From the human T2T-CHM13v2.0 reference genome, Homo sapiens, in assembly GCF_009914755.1 (NCBI RefSeq), contig NC_060926.1: a stretch of 64,000 nucleotides of DNA. One strand, 5' to 3'. Shown here piece by piece: positions 40,278-59,325 of this stretch (within the stretch, counting starts at the first letter, position 1; the number at the start of each line of letters is the position of its first letter). The notes below the pieces were generated by a model. The model searched no databases. It had not been told where the DNA came from and saw only the letters and a program-made list of their open reading frames with translations. The position numbers and the translations under genes are program-made.

Positions 40278-41679
40278 ACATAAGTCTATTTTGCCATCAC
40301 AGAATCTATTTTGATGCATGTGTATGTTGTGTGTATCTATATATGGCATTTAATTTTTGTTAATTGTAAGTATAGAAACCAAAATTTTTATTGTGGTTAG
40401 CTCTAGGAAGTAAAATTTTTGGTGATAATGAAGAAATACTCTTATTTAACTTTATAACATTTCCTACTATGAGTTATTTTATTTACAATTAGCATCTGTC
40501 ATTTTGTAAAAAACAATCCTCTCTGCAAAAGTATAAATTAAAAAATCATGAAATAGTGCAGACAGATGATAAGGGATTTGTCTTTAATATTTAAATATCT
40601 ATTTTAAGTTGTCATGATTATCTTCTCATTCAGTAAAATATACAAGCAAAACACTATTCACAGATCAAACTAGGAGTCAACCTACTAAACTTTGGAATTA
40701 TCATGTTACTACTAGATACCCCGTTAATTGAAAAATTCTTCTTTACTTCGGCGTAAATTTCCAGAATGACTATTCTTTCCTCTTTACCAGTATCCTTTTT
40801 CCACCTTTATAAAATCCAAGCAAGGTAGAAATGTTCAAAGGGAAGACTTTAAGGCTTACTTCATTTTCAGACTTGACAATCAGCCATCAGAGGATCAGAT
40901 TTCACAGGAGTTATAATTCCCTAAGGCATTTGGGTCAAACTAAAGGGCCCTTTCTATCTCTGATAATATCTAAATGCAGACTACCTGCCTACTTTAAACC
41001 AGACTTATCTATGTGAAGTTACACCTTGACAGCCCACTTCAGATATTTCCCCCCTCACCAATGACTGAATTTCAAACTGCCAAGAAGTATTTCTCATTGT
41101 ACTCTGACACACAACATGTTGATTTTTCTGCTTCACTAGCAAATGAAAATGAAATTACCCACAGGGTTTCCCAGTCCGAACGGCATTCTGTCATTCCTGA
41201 CACCAGAAATTCTGTTTTCCTGTTGCAAAGTACTATAGGGATATTCTATGTGAGCTCCCTAGTAGCATACAAAATGGTTTGAAATTAGAAGCAAAAATCT
41301 TCGCCTTAGTTTAGGATTTGGTCATCTTAAGAATAATGCCATATTCAAATTTTAAGTATTAGAAAAGAAGAAGTACTGGCATCCCAGTCACCTAGTTATT
41401 TGTAGTCATTCTATGTAATTTAAGGGAAAATAAAAGTTCAAGGCAGTACAAATGCCAGCTGACAACAATCTCCTCTTGCTGAAAGGCTAATAGGTCCCTT
41501 GTTAAAGCATCATCAGAATTTACTTTTTTTTTTTCTTTTCACACACTTAGTATTTTGAATGCTACATTTTTACCTTGTGAGAGATTTACTTTTCTATACC
41601 ATTTATTTGGTATCCAGTTATAATATTAGAAAGCGTTGTCTATTATATAAGGAGAAGGAGCATATAACAGAAAATGACT

Positions 41680-41918
41680 ATAATTATGAAGTTCTTCCTG
41701 TATGTCAGATAATATTTCAAGTGCTTTAAGAGTGTTATCTGAGGCTTTTCTAATGGAAGCCTCAAAACAGTTCTACATGAACAGTCAGAACTATTTTGGA
41801 TTGAGGTACGGATAGATTCAATGTCTTTCCCAAACTAACTCAGCTTTGAAAGTGACTAAGTGGAACCAGGATTTGAATGTAAGCAATCTGATTTTAGAAC
41901 TCAACACTCTTAACATTA
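41680..41918 (-). mobile_element. MIR
   Basis: 'aagtggaaccaggatttgaatgtaagcaatctgattttagaactc..ctcttaac'. Confidence 0.6.
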
Positions 41919-42849
41919 ATGTACACCTAACATACAAAGTGCTGCCACTGGAATTCTTGAAGTGGAGCCACTGATGTAAAGGAATACAAAAATTCTGATA
42001 GACTGTCCGTGGAAGTGAGGACACCTAGAAGCAACCTAGCAAATGTGAAACTTTACTGAAGAGTTTTGTAAGAATCTGCAGATTCTTAAAACAGAAGGAA
42101 TTTCTACACCATAACTGAAAGTCTCATTGCCTAGAGCTTGTTGCAAGTGACTTCCATTCATATATCTAGGGATATAATTTTCTGTAAGTATTAGAGTTTA
42201 TAATAACATATTATATAGAAATTTTAGTAAAAGATGTTTTTACCAAGTAACTAAGTGAAATATCAGGACCTCCCTTTATCATCTTTTACATATTGAATAA
42301 TCATTATAATAACCAATTTCAGAATACACATTGCTTTCCTTAATCCACTGACAAAATACATCATAAAGAAAAGAAAAGCTACACAACAGCTGATAAATAT
42401 TTCTATGTCTAAAATATATACAATTTTCTTGGAACAAATACTTAGGAAATTCTCATGATCTGAAGCACAGAGTCTTAGAATTATCCTTTAGGTGTTTAAA
42501 CTACTTTAAATGATCTACCTACACCAACAGCTGGTTCCCAATGTTCCTGCCAGTTTCGATGAAAACTCTCATCAACAGCCTGCCATACCTTGTAAGCCTA
42601 TTGCTTTTACATTCAAATCTCTTGAAAAAGAAAAAAAAAAAGTCATATCAAAGCTTATGACTGTAAATGGGTGTGTAAATATGCTGGGGTATTTATAACC
42701 ATCCAAGCCCCTAATTCTGTCTCTGCTTTCTCTAAGGACTTCCTTTTTTATATTTTTTTGAAAAAATCAATTATATCTCCTCTTCTACAACTGTAACCCC
42801 ATTCTCTCCTATTTCATGCTTTTACCTCTTAATGACTATCTTTCCTCCT

Positions 42850-43119
42850 CCTTCCCTCTTTTTTATTGCCAACCTCCTTGCTTTCATTGACCCTGTAATA
42901 TGATTTTTATTCATACCACTAAATTGAAATAACACTCAAAATTTCATAATCTCCTAGTTGCAAATGTAATGGTTGATATTAAAACTGCAGTCAGTATATG
43001 GTTTTATCAATTATTCTATTGAACCATTTATTCTTTGAGTTCCAGAGGAACTATGACAATTTGATTGTCTTCCTATATCTCTGATAATTTTTCTCAATTT
43101 CTCTTGCTATTTTCCTTTC
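42850..43119 (+). mobile_element. L2 fragment, left of the THE1C insertion
   Basis: 'accactaaattgaaa..ctcctagttgcaaatgtaatgg..tcttcctatatctctga'. Confidence 0.55.
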
Positions 43120-43518
43120 TGATATGGTTTGGCTCTGCCCCCACCTGAATCTCATCCTCAATTGTAGCTCCCATAATCCCTACAAAATCATTTCAAATGA
43201 GGATCTATTGAAAAATTGGTGAAGAATATAGACCTGGTGGGTGGTGACTGAATCATGGGGGCAGGTTCTACTGTGCTGTTCTTGGGATAGTTAATAATTC
43301 TTACAAGATCTGATGGTTTTATAAAGGGCAGTTCCCCTGCACATGCTCTCTCTTGCCTGCCACCAGGTAAGATTTGCCTTTGCTCCTCCTTCACCTTCCG
43401 CCATGATTGTGAGGCCTCCCCAGTGATGTGGAAGTGGGAATCCATTAAACCTCTTTTTCTTTGTAAATTACCCTATCTTGGGTATTTCTTTATAGCAGTA
43501 TGAAAATGGACTAATACA
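43120..43518 (+). mobile_element. THE1C-like 5' LTR
   Basis: 'tgatatggtttggct'...'atggactaataca'; left TSD ctttc at 43115-43119. Confidence 0.93.
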
Positions 43519-45107
43519 GTAAATTGGTACTGGTAGAGTTGGATACTGATATTAAGATACCCAAAAATGTGGAAGTGACTTTGGAACTGTGTGACAGGCA
43601 GAGGTTGGAACAGTTTGGCAAGCTCAGAAGAAGACAGGACGATGTGGGAAAGTGTGGAGCTCCCTAGAGACTTGTTTACTAGTTTTGACCAAAATGCTGA
43701 TAGTGATATGGACAATAAAGTCCAGGCTGAGGTGGTCTTAGATGGAGATAAGAAACTTATTGGGAACTAGAGAAAAGATTATTCTTGCTATGCATTAGCA
43801 AAGAGACTGGTAGCCCCTGCCCTAGAGATCTGTGGAACTTTGAACTTGAGGGAGATGATTTGGAGTATCTGGTGAAAGAAATTTCTAAGCAGCAAAGCAT
43901 TCAAGATATGATGTGTGTGCTCTTAAAAGCATTCAGTTTTATTCATTCACAAAGATACAGTTTGGTATTGGAACTTATATTTAAAAGGGAAGCAGAGAAT
44001 AAAAGTTTAGAAAATTTGCAGCTAACTGCAATAGAAAAGAAAAACCTACTTTCTGAGGAGAAATTCAAGCTGGCAGTAGAAATTTCTGTAAGTAACAAGG
44101 AGCCAAATGTTAATCACTAAGACAATGGGGAAAGTATCTCCAGGGCATGTCAGAGGTCCTCACGGCAGCCCCTCCCATCACAAGCCAGGAGGCCTAGAAA
44201 GAAAAAAATTGTTTTATGGGCTGAGCCCAGAGTCTTGCTGCTTTCTGCAGTCTCAGGACTTGGTGCCCTGCATCCCAGCCATGGCTAAAAGGGGCCAGCG
44301 TACAGCTCAGGCCATTGCTTCAGATGGTGCAAACACCAAGTCTTGGCGGCTTACATGTGGTGTTTGACCTGTGAGTGCACAGAAGTCAAGAATTGAGATT
44401 TGGGAACCTCCCCCTAGATTTCAGAGGATGTACAAAAACGCCTGGATGTCCAGGCAGAGGTGTGCTACAGGGGCAGAGCCCTCATGGATAGCCTCTGCCA
44501 GGGCAGTGAAGAAGGGAATTGTGGGGTAGGAACCCCCACACAGAGTCCCTGCTGGGGCACTGTGTAGTGGAGCTGTGAGAAAAGGGTCACTGTCCTGCAG
44601 ACCTTACAATGGAAGATCCACCTATGGCTTGCACCATGCGCCTAGAAAAGCCACAGACATTCAAAGCCTGCCCATGAAAACAGCCAGGAGGGAGGTTGTA
44701 CCAAGCAAGGCCACAGGGGTGGAGCTGCCCAAGACTATGGGAACCCACCTTTTGCATCAGCGTGACCTGTATGTGAGACATGGAGGCAAAGGAGGTCATT
44801 AGTTTGACTGCCCTGCTGGATATCAGACTTACAATGGGTCTATAGCCCCTTTGTTTTGGCCAATTTCTCCCATTGGAAATGGGTGTATTTACCCAATGCC
44901 TGTATCCCCTTTGTATTTAGGAAGTAACTTGCTTTAGATCTTACAGGCTCATAGGTGGAAGGGACTTGCCTTGTTTCAGATAAGACTCAGGACTATGGAC
45001 TTTTGAGTTAATGCTGAAATGAGTTAAGATTTTGAGGGAACTGTTAGAAAGGCATGATTGGTTTTGAAATGTGAAGACATGAGATTTTGGAGGGGCCAGG
45101 GGTGGAA
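43519..45107 (+). mobile_element. THE1 internal region (MaLR), disrupted ORF
   Basis: Starts 'gtaaattggtac'; MaLR-int peptide PCPRDLWNFELE (ORF 43785); polypurine tract 'ggaggggccaggggtggaa' at 45089-45107. Confidence 0.93.
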
Positions 45108-45471
45108 CGATAGGATGTGGCTGTGTCCCCACCCAAATCTCATCTTGAATTATAGTTCCCATAATTCCTACATGTCATGGGAGGGACCTGGTGGGAAGTA
45201 ATTGAATCATGGGGGCAGGGTTTTCCCATGGTGTTCTCGTGATAGAGAATAAGTCTCACGAGATCTGATGACTTTATAAAGGGCAGTTCCCCTGCACATG
45301 CTGTCTTGCCTGCTGCCATGTAAGACATGCCTTTGCTTCTTCTTTGCCTTCTACCATGATTGTAAAGCCTCCCAAGCCATGTGGAACTGTGAATCCATTA
45401 AACCTCTTTTTCTTTATAAATTACCCATTCTCAGGTATTTCTTCATAGCAGTATGAAAATAGACTAATATT
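45108..45471 (+). mobile_element. THE1C-like 3' LTR
   Basis: Direct repeat of 43120-43518; right TSD ctttc at 45472-45476. Confidence 0.93.
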
Positions 45472-45476
45472 CTTTC

Positions 45477-46310
45477 CTTCTACTATTCTTTGAATATTCC
45501 TGATATCTAATGTTGCTAAATGTTCCTTTTTGAAATTCTCTCCCACTTGCTAATCATGGGATTCTCTCTACTACTCCATGGTTTCTAATGTTCTCTCTAC
45601 TACTCCATGATATTTAATGTTGCTGAATGTTCCTTTTTGAAATTCTCTCCCACTTGCTAATCATGGGATTCTCTCTACTACTCCATGGTTTCAATTCATA
45701 CCTATAGGTCAACACCTACCCAGAACATTTACAGATTAAATGGTGAACAGAATTGCAGACTCACATTTCCAAGGTCTTCTATATATCTCACTTGGATATC
45801 CCACAAACATGTTAAATTTAGACAACCTCAAATTAAAATATATCAACAAATCTTTATTACCTCCATCAGTCATCCTGCCTTCACAAGCCTGCTTCTCTGC
45901 CTGCTTTGCCTATTTCAGTTAATGACATAACTATTCACCCAATCACTCAGGCTAGAAATTATAAAGTCAGGTTTGATTTTACAGTCTCAACATTCTTCCC
46001 CATCAATTCCACTTCTAGTCAGTCTAAAATTGTTGACTTTCAACTCCAGAAAAAAAAGTCTTTTTCTTTTTAAATTGTATCCTCTCCAACTAAACTGAAA
46101 TAATAATTTCTTAAGATTACTATATTACATTACTACAGAGAAAAGTATTATATTTTCAAATTATAAATGCTCTATATTTAAAATCTTTAGATGAGTCCTC
46201 CTGACCTAGAAGAAAAGCCAAAGTCTAGAATTCTTCGGGCATGGGATGCAAAATGGTTTACAGTCTGGCTCCAGGTGCATTTCCAGTTTTACCCACCATA
46301 ATTCTCTCCC
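45477..46310 (+). mobile_element. L2 fragment, right of the THE1C insertion
   Basis: 'atatctcacttggatatcccacaaacat', 'ctatttcagttaatgac..ctattcacccaatcactcaggctagaaa'. Confidence 0.65.
45501..45692. repeat. 85-bp direct duplication with a templated 22-bp spacer
   Basis: Copies at 45501-45585 and 45608-45692 differ at 2 positions. Confidence 0.95.
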
Positions 46311-46314
46311 ATAC

Positions 46315-47800
46315 ATTTTTTAATCAAACTTACTATTTTACCTAATTTTAGATTCACATGTAGTTATAAAAAAAAGTACACAGAGATCCTTTGTACCTTT
46401 TGTCCGTTTTTTCACAATGGTAGCAACTTGCAAAACTACAGTACAAATATCACAGCCAGGATATTCATATTGATACAATCAAGAAAAAAATGTTCCATAC
46501 AGGATCACTCATCTTGCCTTTTCACACAACCCCTTCCATCCTCACTACTTTCTTAACCATGGCAACTACTATTCCTTTCTTCATTTCTATAATTTTGTCA
46601 TTTCAAGAATGTTATATAATCATACAGTATGTAACCTTTTGGGATTTGCTTTTAACATTTGGCAGGATTCCTGTGAAATTCATATATGCTGCAGCATGTA
46701 TAAATTGTTCCATTATTGCTGAGTAGTAATACATGGCACGGATGTACTGCAGTTGATTTACTATTCACCCATTGAAGGATGTCTGGGTTATTTCTAGTAT
46801 TGGACTATCAAAAATAATCCTTCCATAAACATTTATATACATGTTTTATGTAAACACGAATCTTCATTTATCTGAGATAAATGTCTAGGAGTGCAATGGG
46901 GGAATAATATGATAGTTGCATGTTTAGGTTGTTTAAGAAATTGCCATAATAATTCCCAGGGTTGTTGTATCATTTTATATTCCCACCAACAATGTATGAC
47001 TGTTTTTTTTTTCTCCTCAGTCTTATTTGACATTGTCAATATTTTCTACTTTAAACATCTTACAGGTATATAGCAATATCTCATTGTGCTTTTATTATTA
47101 CCCTGATAGTTAAATGATGTTGAACATCATTTCATGTGCTTATTTGCCATTTATATATCTTCATATGTGAAATCTCTCTTCATGTCTTTTGTTCATGTTT
47201 TGACTGGATTTTAACTTTTTAATTCTGAGAGTTCTTTATATATTCTAGATACTAGTCCTTTGTTCCACATTATTTTCTCCCTGTATGTAGCTTGTCTTTC
47301 CAATCTCTTAACAGGGTATTTCATAGAGCAATAGTTTTAAATTTTAGTTGGATCAAAGTTATCATTTTTTCCAAGAAAGTCGTGCTTTTTAAAAAAAAAA
47401 ACAAAACTAAGAACTATTTGCCTAGTCCTAGATCCTGAAGATTTTCTCCCATATTGTTTTTTTCTAAATGTTTATATTTCTTCATTTTAAGTCCATGACA
47501 TATTGTGATTTAATTTTTGCATAAGGTATCAGACTTACATTGAAGCTTATTTGTTTTTCTATTGATGTCCAATTGCTACAGCATTATTTGTTAAAAAGTC
47601 TATCTTCTCTCCATTGAATTACTTTTGACCTTTGTCAAAAATAAGTTGGGCATACAAATATACTCATATTTGTATAATTCTGTGTTTTCTAGCTTGTTTT
47701 ATTAAGTGTCTATCACTTTTCCAATATAACATAGTCTTGATCACTGTAGCTACATAATGACTTTTGGAATCAGAAGATGCATTCCTCCCACTTCATTCTG
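46315..47800 (-). mobile_element. L1MC (MC2/MC3-like) 3' end and ORF2 C-terminus
   Basis: 'ttttagattcacatgtagtt..cagagatcc..ttgcaaaactacagtacaaatatcacagccaggatatt..tgataca'. Confidence 0.85.
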
Positions 47801-47829
47801 CCTTTTCCCATTGTTTTACCTATTCCAAT

Positions 47830-49370
47830 TCCTTTGATTATTTCTTGAAGTACTTTCTCAGTACTACCCTCTTCCTTTACCTTCTAAGCTTGTCTGAAAT
47901 GAATGTTCAATCTTTGTTACTATTCCATGGGTGCCTGAGGCTCTTTTCTGTCTTTATGCTTTTATGGTCTATCTTCTTTATTACTCAAAGTGGATACAGG
48001 TTGAGTATCTTTAATTTGAAAGGCTTAGGACCAGAAGTATTTCACATTCCTATTTTTTTTTCTTTCAAATTTTGAAGCATTTCTGGTTTTGCATTTTCAG
48101 ATTTGGAATGCTCAACCTATAATTTGTAATGATCTATCTTTTAGTTTCTTGACTCTTTTCAATGTTCCCTCCATTCTGCTGTGGAGCTCATCTACTGAGC
48201 TTTTTATTTGCATTATTGTATTTTTCAATTCTAAGATTTCCAGTTAGTTCTTTCTTTTTTATGTCTTCTATTTCTTTGCTCAGATTTTTTATTCTTTCAT
48301 TTGCTTCAAGCATGTTCATTAGTGCTTGAGCTATGTTATGTCTGCTTTAAAATTTTTATTAGATAATTCTAACATCTGTTATATTGTGTTAGTATCTATT
48401 GATTGTCTCTTTTCATTCAGTTTGAACTTTTCCTGGTTCTGGATATGATAAATAAAGCTCAATTGAAATGTGCATATTTCCATATTATATTATGACACTC
48501 TGGATAATATTTACGCCTTCTGTTTCAGCTGGCTTTATCTGCTGCTCCAGTAGGAAGAGGGGTGGCACTGCTTTCTTACAGCCACATGAAGTAGAAATTC
48601 AGGTTCTTCACACAGTCTTTGACACTTTGGGAGTGGAGATCCTCATTACTGCCAGACTCCCTATGGGGTCTCCACTCACCATTCTATGGAGTCATCTCAT
48701 TATCACTGGTGATGATGAAAGTCCCCACTCTTCACTAGGCCACCTCAGATACCAGCTTAATGTGGAGGGAAGAGGATGGGGTGCAGTTTCAGGTTCTTCA
48801 TATAGCCTCTGCTGACAGGATACAGAAGGGACAGAGACTCATCAATGGCTTCTGAGCAAAAGCTTTAGTGTCCCCCATTGGCCTTATTGGTTCGTGTTCT
48901 CTCACTGGTCACCCAGAGGGGATGTTGGAGAACCTTATTACAACAATTAGAGGGTAAAAATCTAGATTCTCCAGTTTGTCTTTGCCAATATGGATGGAGG
49001 TGTGGCCACATGTTCTCATGGAGTGTTCAGTTGGAGTCCAGCAGTTATTGTCTAAAAGATTTATCTTGTTAGGCTAAGCCTTTCCTGAGAAAGAATCAAC
49101 CTAACTGATCTTTTGGACAGACTTCATTTCTCAGAAAACAGGGTTATGTTGGGTTCTTTTTATCTGTTCTTGTTAATGTTTCTGGATGGCCAGTTTCTTC
49201 GGCTCCAAATTAGAGATAAATGTTTGTAAAAGAAAATACTCAAGGTACTTGCCATCATGTCATTTCTTGGGTCCTGACGTTCCCAGCCAGTTTGCCTTAA
49301 TTACGTTTTCTTAGGTCTGTTTTATACATAATGTCCAGGGATTTTAGTTGTACTTAGTGGAAGGAATATT
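47830..49370 (-). mobile_element. L1MC-type 5' region (ORF1 start/5' UTR)
   Basis: 'tattgtatttttcaattctaagatttcc', 'ataattctaacatctg'; end 'aatgtccagggattttagttgtacttagtggaaggaata'. Confidence 0.6.
47997..48119. mobile_element. Tigger4a/MER46A MITE, internally deleted
   Basis: TIRs 'caggttgagtat'...'atgctcaacct' flanked by TA. Confidence 0.8.
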
Positions 49371-49689
49371 TGTCATATGTATTATCCTCTATTCATGCAA
49401 GGCAATTTAAAATTTCCTAGACACTGTCAGTTCTCTTGCAAATCTTTGCTTTTGTTGGATTCCAAGAACATAAATCAATTTTCTTCTTCCATCTATCCCC
49501 ATTTAACAGATTAGGAGAGTAAGACAGAATAATTCAGTCAGTCATTTAGTTAGGAATAGGCAAACTCTGGATGTGAACACAGAACTTCATGCCTATAAAC
49601 TTATTTCCCCCCACAACACACTGCCTCACGCTGGGTGTCACATCATGATCTGCATAAGCCTCAGAAGCATACAGGCATAGTTTAAAATT

Positions 49690-49900
49690 CCGTGTCCTCA
49701 TCCAAGAGCTTTGAGACTTTAAGTAACTCATTAAGCAATTGAACTTCTCTGAATCTCTGTTTCTTCCTCTATAAATAATAATAGGAATAAGGATATCTAT
49801 TTTCCAGGTTTTATTATGAGTAGTAATAATAAATATAAGTCACTTCTTACAATGGCCGGCCTAAAGTAGTTATTCAGTACAGGATAGACATATTGCCATT
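49690..49900 (+). mobile_element. MIR
   Basis: 'aacttctctgaatctctgtttcttcctctataaa..ggaataaggatatcta'. Confidence 0.65.
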
Positions 49901-50079
49901 GCTAGTTTCTGTATTTACAAAATATAAGGAATAAAATGTGCATAACAGAAAACCTTAAAGAAATGGGAGACTAAAAAGGAGCTTGAGCCAGTTCTAGAGA
50001 TTCAAAATTGTTTCTCAATTCGACAATGTGTAGCAGAGAGCATAAGCCTTAGCAGATTATTTACATATGTATTACAGAT

Positions 50080-50220
50080 GCATTATGGTTATTCATGTGT
50101 TTGCCTCCCTCATTATACTGCAAACTTTTCAGGGAAGGAAACTTTCTTTGGCTAACTGCGAATCTCCATCAGGGTTTTACAGAAGGAAAATGCTTAACTA
50201 ATAATTATCATATTAAATTA
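50080..50220 (+). mobile_element. L2 3' end fragment
   Basis: 'tgtgtttgcctccctcattatactgcaaacttttcagggaagga'. Confidence 0.5.
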
Positions 50221-51669
50221 AGTTGATCTTTTGACTATCTACTATTCATTTTCACTGTTTATAAAATTGTGTCTTAACATCACACTGACTGGGGTGTGAA
50301 GACATTTGAGTTTCAAGAGCAAATGCTGAAAAAATATACCCTGCCCCAAACTAAAGCTCTTGATTAAAGCTCTGAACACAAGGTGACATAATGGGACAAT
50401 GAGTGCTGGAAACTAACAACCACTTATATTCAACAGTAGTATTAACAAATTTCTGACCAGTATGAATCTATCGGATTTGGAAATGAGAAATATAAATTGT
50501 GGGAATTGTTGAGAATTTCTGAAATCATAAGTTATGTTGTATTTTATTAAAATTTTAAAAATTGGAGCTTATAGCAAATATTCAAACACTTAGAAATGCC
50601 AGACAACATTATTGGCTTATATGTGGATAATATAGCAATAGACTTCCTAACAAGGGTTAATAGCACTATCCAGGATCATGTGCTGGATTATTAACTTAAA
50701 GACTTATTTTGCTTTCAAATCCTATTTACTGGGGTAGCCTTTATATCAGGTGTGTAAAATGTACTATTTACATAAACTAATTAGTATTTGTGTTCTAAGA
50801 CTGACTATTAGCAGTCGACACTGTGCAAAACACATAATGATAACATAGTAACAGCTACCAGCGAGACATACTAATTAGAATATATCCCCACTGAATCTTT
50901 ACTTCGTGTTATTGGAAATGGAAATGCTGACCTTAACCTGTGGCTTTGCATGTCAGCATTCCCTCCTCTTACTTTCAATTTGAATTAGGTTCCTTTGAAC
51001 CAGTAATATCTCTAATGTTGGTGGTTCAGATTTACTTTTCACAGAAATACAATAATGTTTTTCCTGATTTCTCAACTGATTTTTTACTTCAGATTTACAG
51101 AATCATACAAATTTTTCAACAAATGTCAAGAAGGAATTTCCTAAAGAAAACAGTAAATTTCCTATTGAAAACAGTAAATAACCATCTGGGTATTAGGGTC
51201 AATATTTTCCAGTTATGCAACATAATTTAGATAAGTAATAAGTTTCCTTTAACAAATAGCATTGTTAATATTTTGAAAATATTTTAATAATTATTTTTCA
51301 GAAATATTGACACCTCTGTTGACATATCTAAAAATATAAAATCATTTAGGATCTACAGATGAATAGCTCTTCTGTATTTCTCTTTTTTTCATTAAAAATA
51401 ATACCAGGTACAATCAGATTTTGCACTTTTTAAAATACTTTGTTTCTGCACTTTACACATAGGAAATTTCTAACATATCTGACTAGTCTTTATCTTTCCT
51501 CTTAAAGAGTATCATATCCAAGTTTATTGGCTTTTAAAAAATAAATTATTGTATACACAGAGTTTTAGCAGTTTAAATTTTAAAAGAATATTGCATTCAT
51601 ACAACAACTTTATTGAGAAGAAAACTTTCACATTTTATTTTTTTAACATGATATTTTATGGAAATTGCA

Positions 51670-54710
<3,041 letters not shown>

Positions 54711-55239
54711 GGGGTTACCTGAATATTACTTCCTGTATGTGGCTTTTTGTCAGCTAACATTGGCTAGACCTTAAGTTTTGCCAACTGTAAATGAGTTGGA
54801 ATGAATTTTAAGTTATGTACCCTTTTAAAATAAATTGAACTAATTAATGATTAAAATAAATGACTAAGTTTTATCTACACATGTTGTAAAATATTTGCCT
54901 TAGAATTTCTTATGCATGTCAATACACATATCTTTGGGGATATACAAGCTATTAAGCCACAGAATTTGAAACATGTATAATGTATTCAATATGGAATCTT
55001 CCAACACAAGCTTGATGCTTTTAATGAAATATGATTATACCATCAATAAGACTAATCATTGTTCTATTACGGAAAGAGAAAAACTGAGTAATGGGTCTGT
55101 AGGTGGGAGATCTGAGATTTCGATCAGTTAACCACTATATTCTCTAATCAATTATGAACAATGTATGAAAATTCATAGAGTATTTTACAAAATAATGAAG
55201 GTGACATCCCACAAACTCTAAAGAGAAAGTCCAATTAAT

Positions 55240-55430
55240 ATGTTCAATAAACATGGAGATAATCCTTCAGTAGTCTTACTGAATTATATACCTAAGTGCT
55301 AGTAAGATACTAAATGAGCGGATTGATTGAAGATGAATAGGATTGATCAGGGAAAGCTTCACCAAGGAGATGAAATCTACGGTAGTGCTTTCAAGGCAGG
55401 CAAGACCATAAATGTGTAGAGAGATAGTAA
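55240..55430 (-). mobile_element. L2 fragment in the spacer between the two L1s
   Basis: 'ttcaataaacat..aagtgctag..gatcagggaaagcttcaccaaggagatga'. Confidence 0.45.
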
Positions 55431-55665
55431 ACGTCGAGAAATATGGATGTATGGAAGTGAGAAAGAGAGGAATACTAAAACTCTGGCTAAAATTGAGTAT
55501 CTCAATAGGGATTTTCTTTTTTTTTTTTTTTTTTTTAGTGATTTAAAGTCTGTATTGGGTTGGGAGTGGTATTTAGTTTTTGATCTTGAAATGCACCCTA
55601 AGTAGATGAAAGTTAGGCTCCATAATCATCATTATCCTCCAAGAACTTTCAAGAATAAAAAATAA

Positions 55666-59325
<3,660 letters not shown>

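Noticed and set aside
43188-45328. Cluster of ORFs resembling an operon
   Set aside because: All lie within the THE1C LTRs and internal region.
45501-45692. CRISPR-like repeat-spacer structure
   Set aside because: Only two long copies and a self-derived spacer, in eukaryotic DNA with no cas genes.
55512-55545. Poly-T followed by AG as a plus-strand splice acceptor or retrocopy tail
   Set aside because: No convincing exon, recognisable element or TSD is attached.
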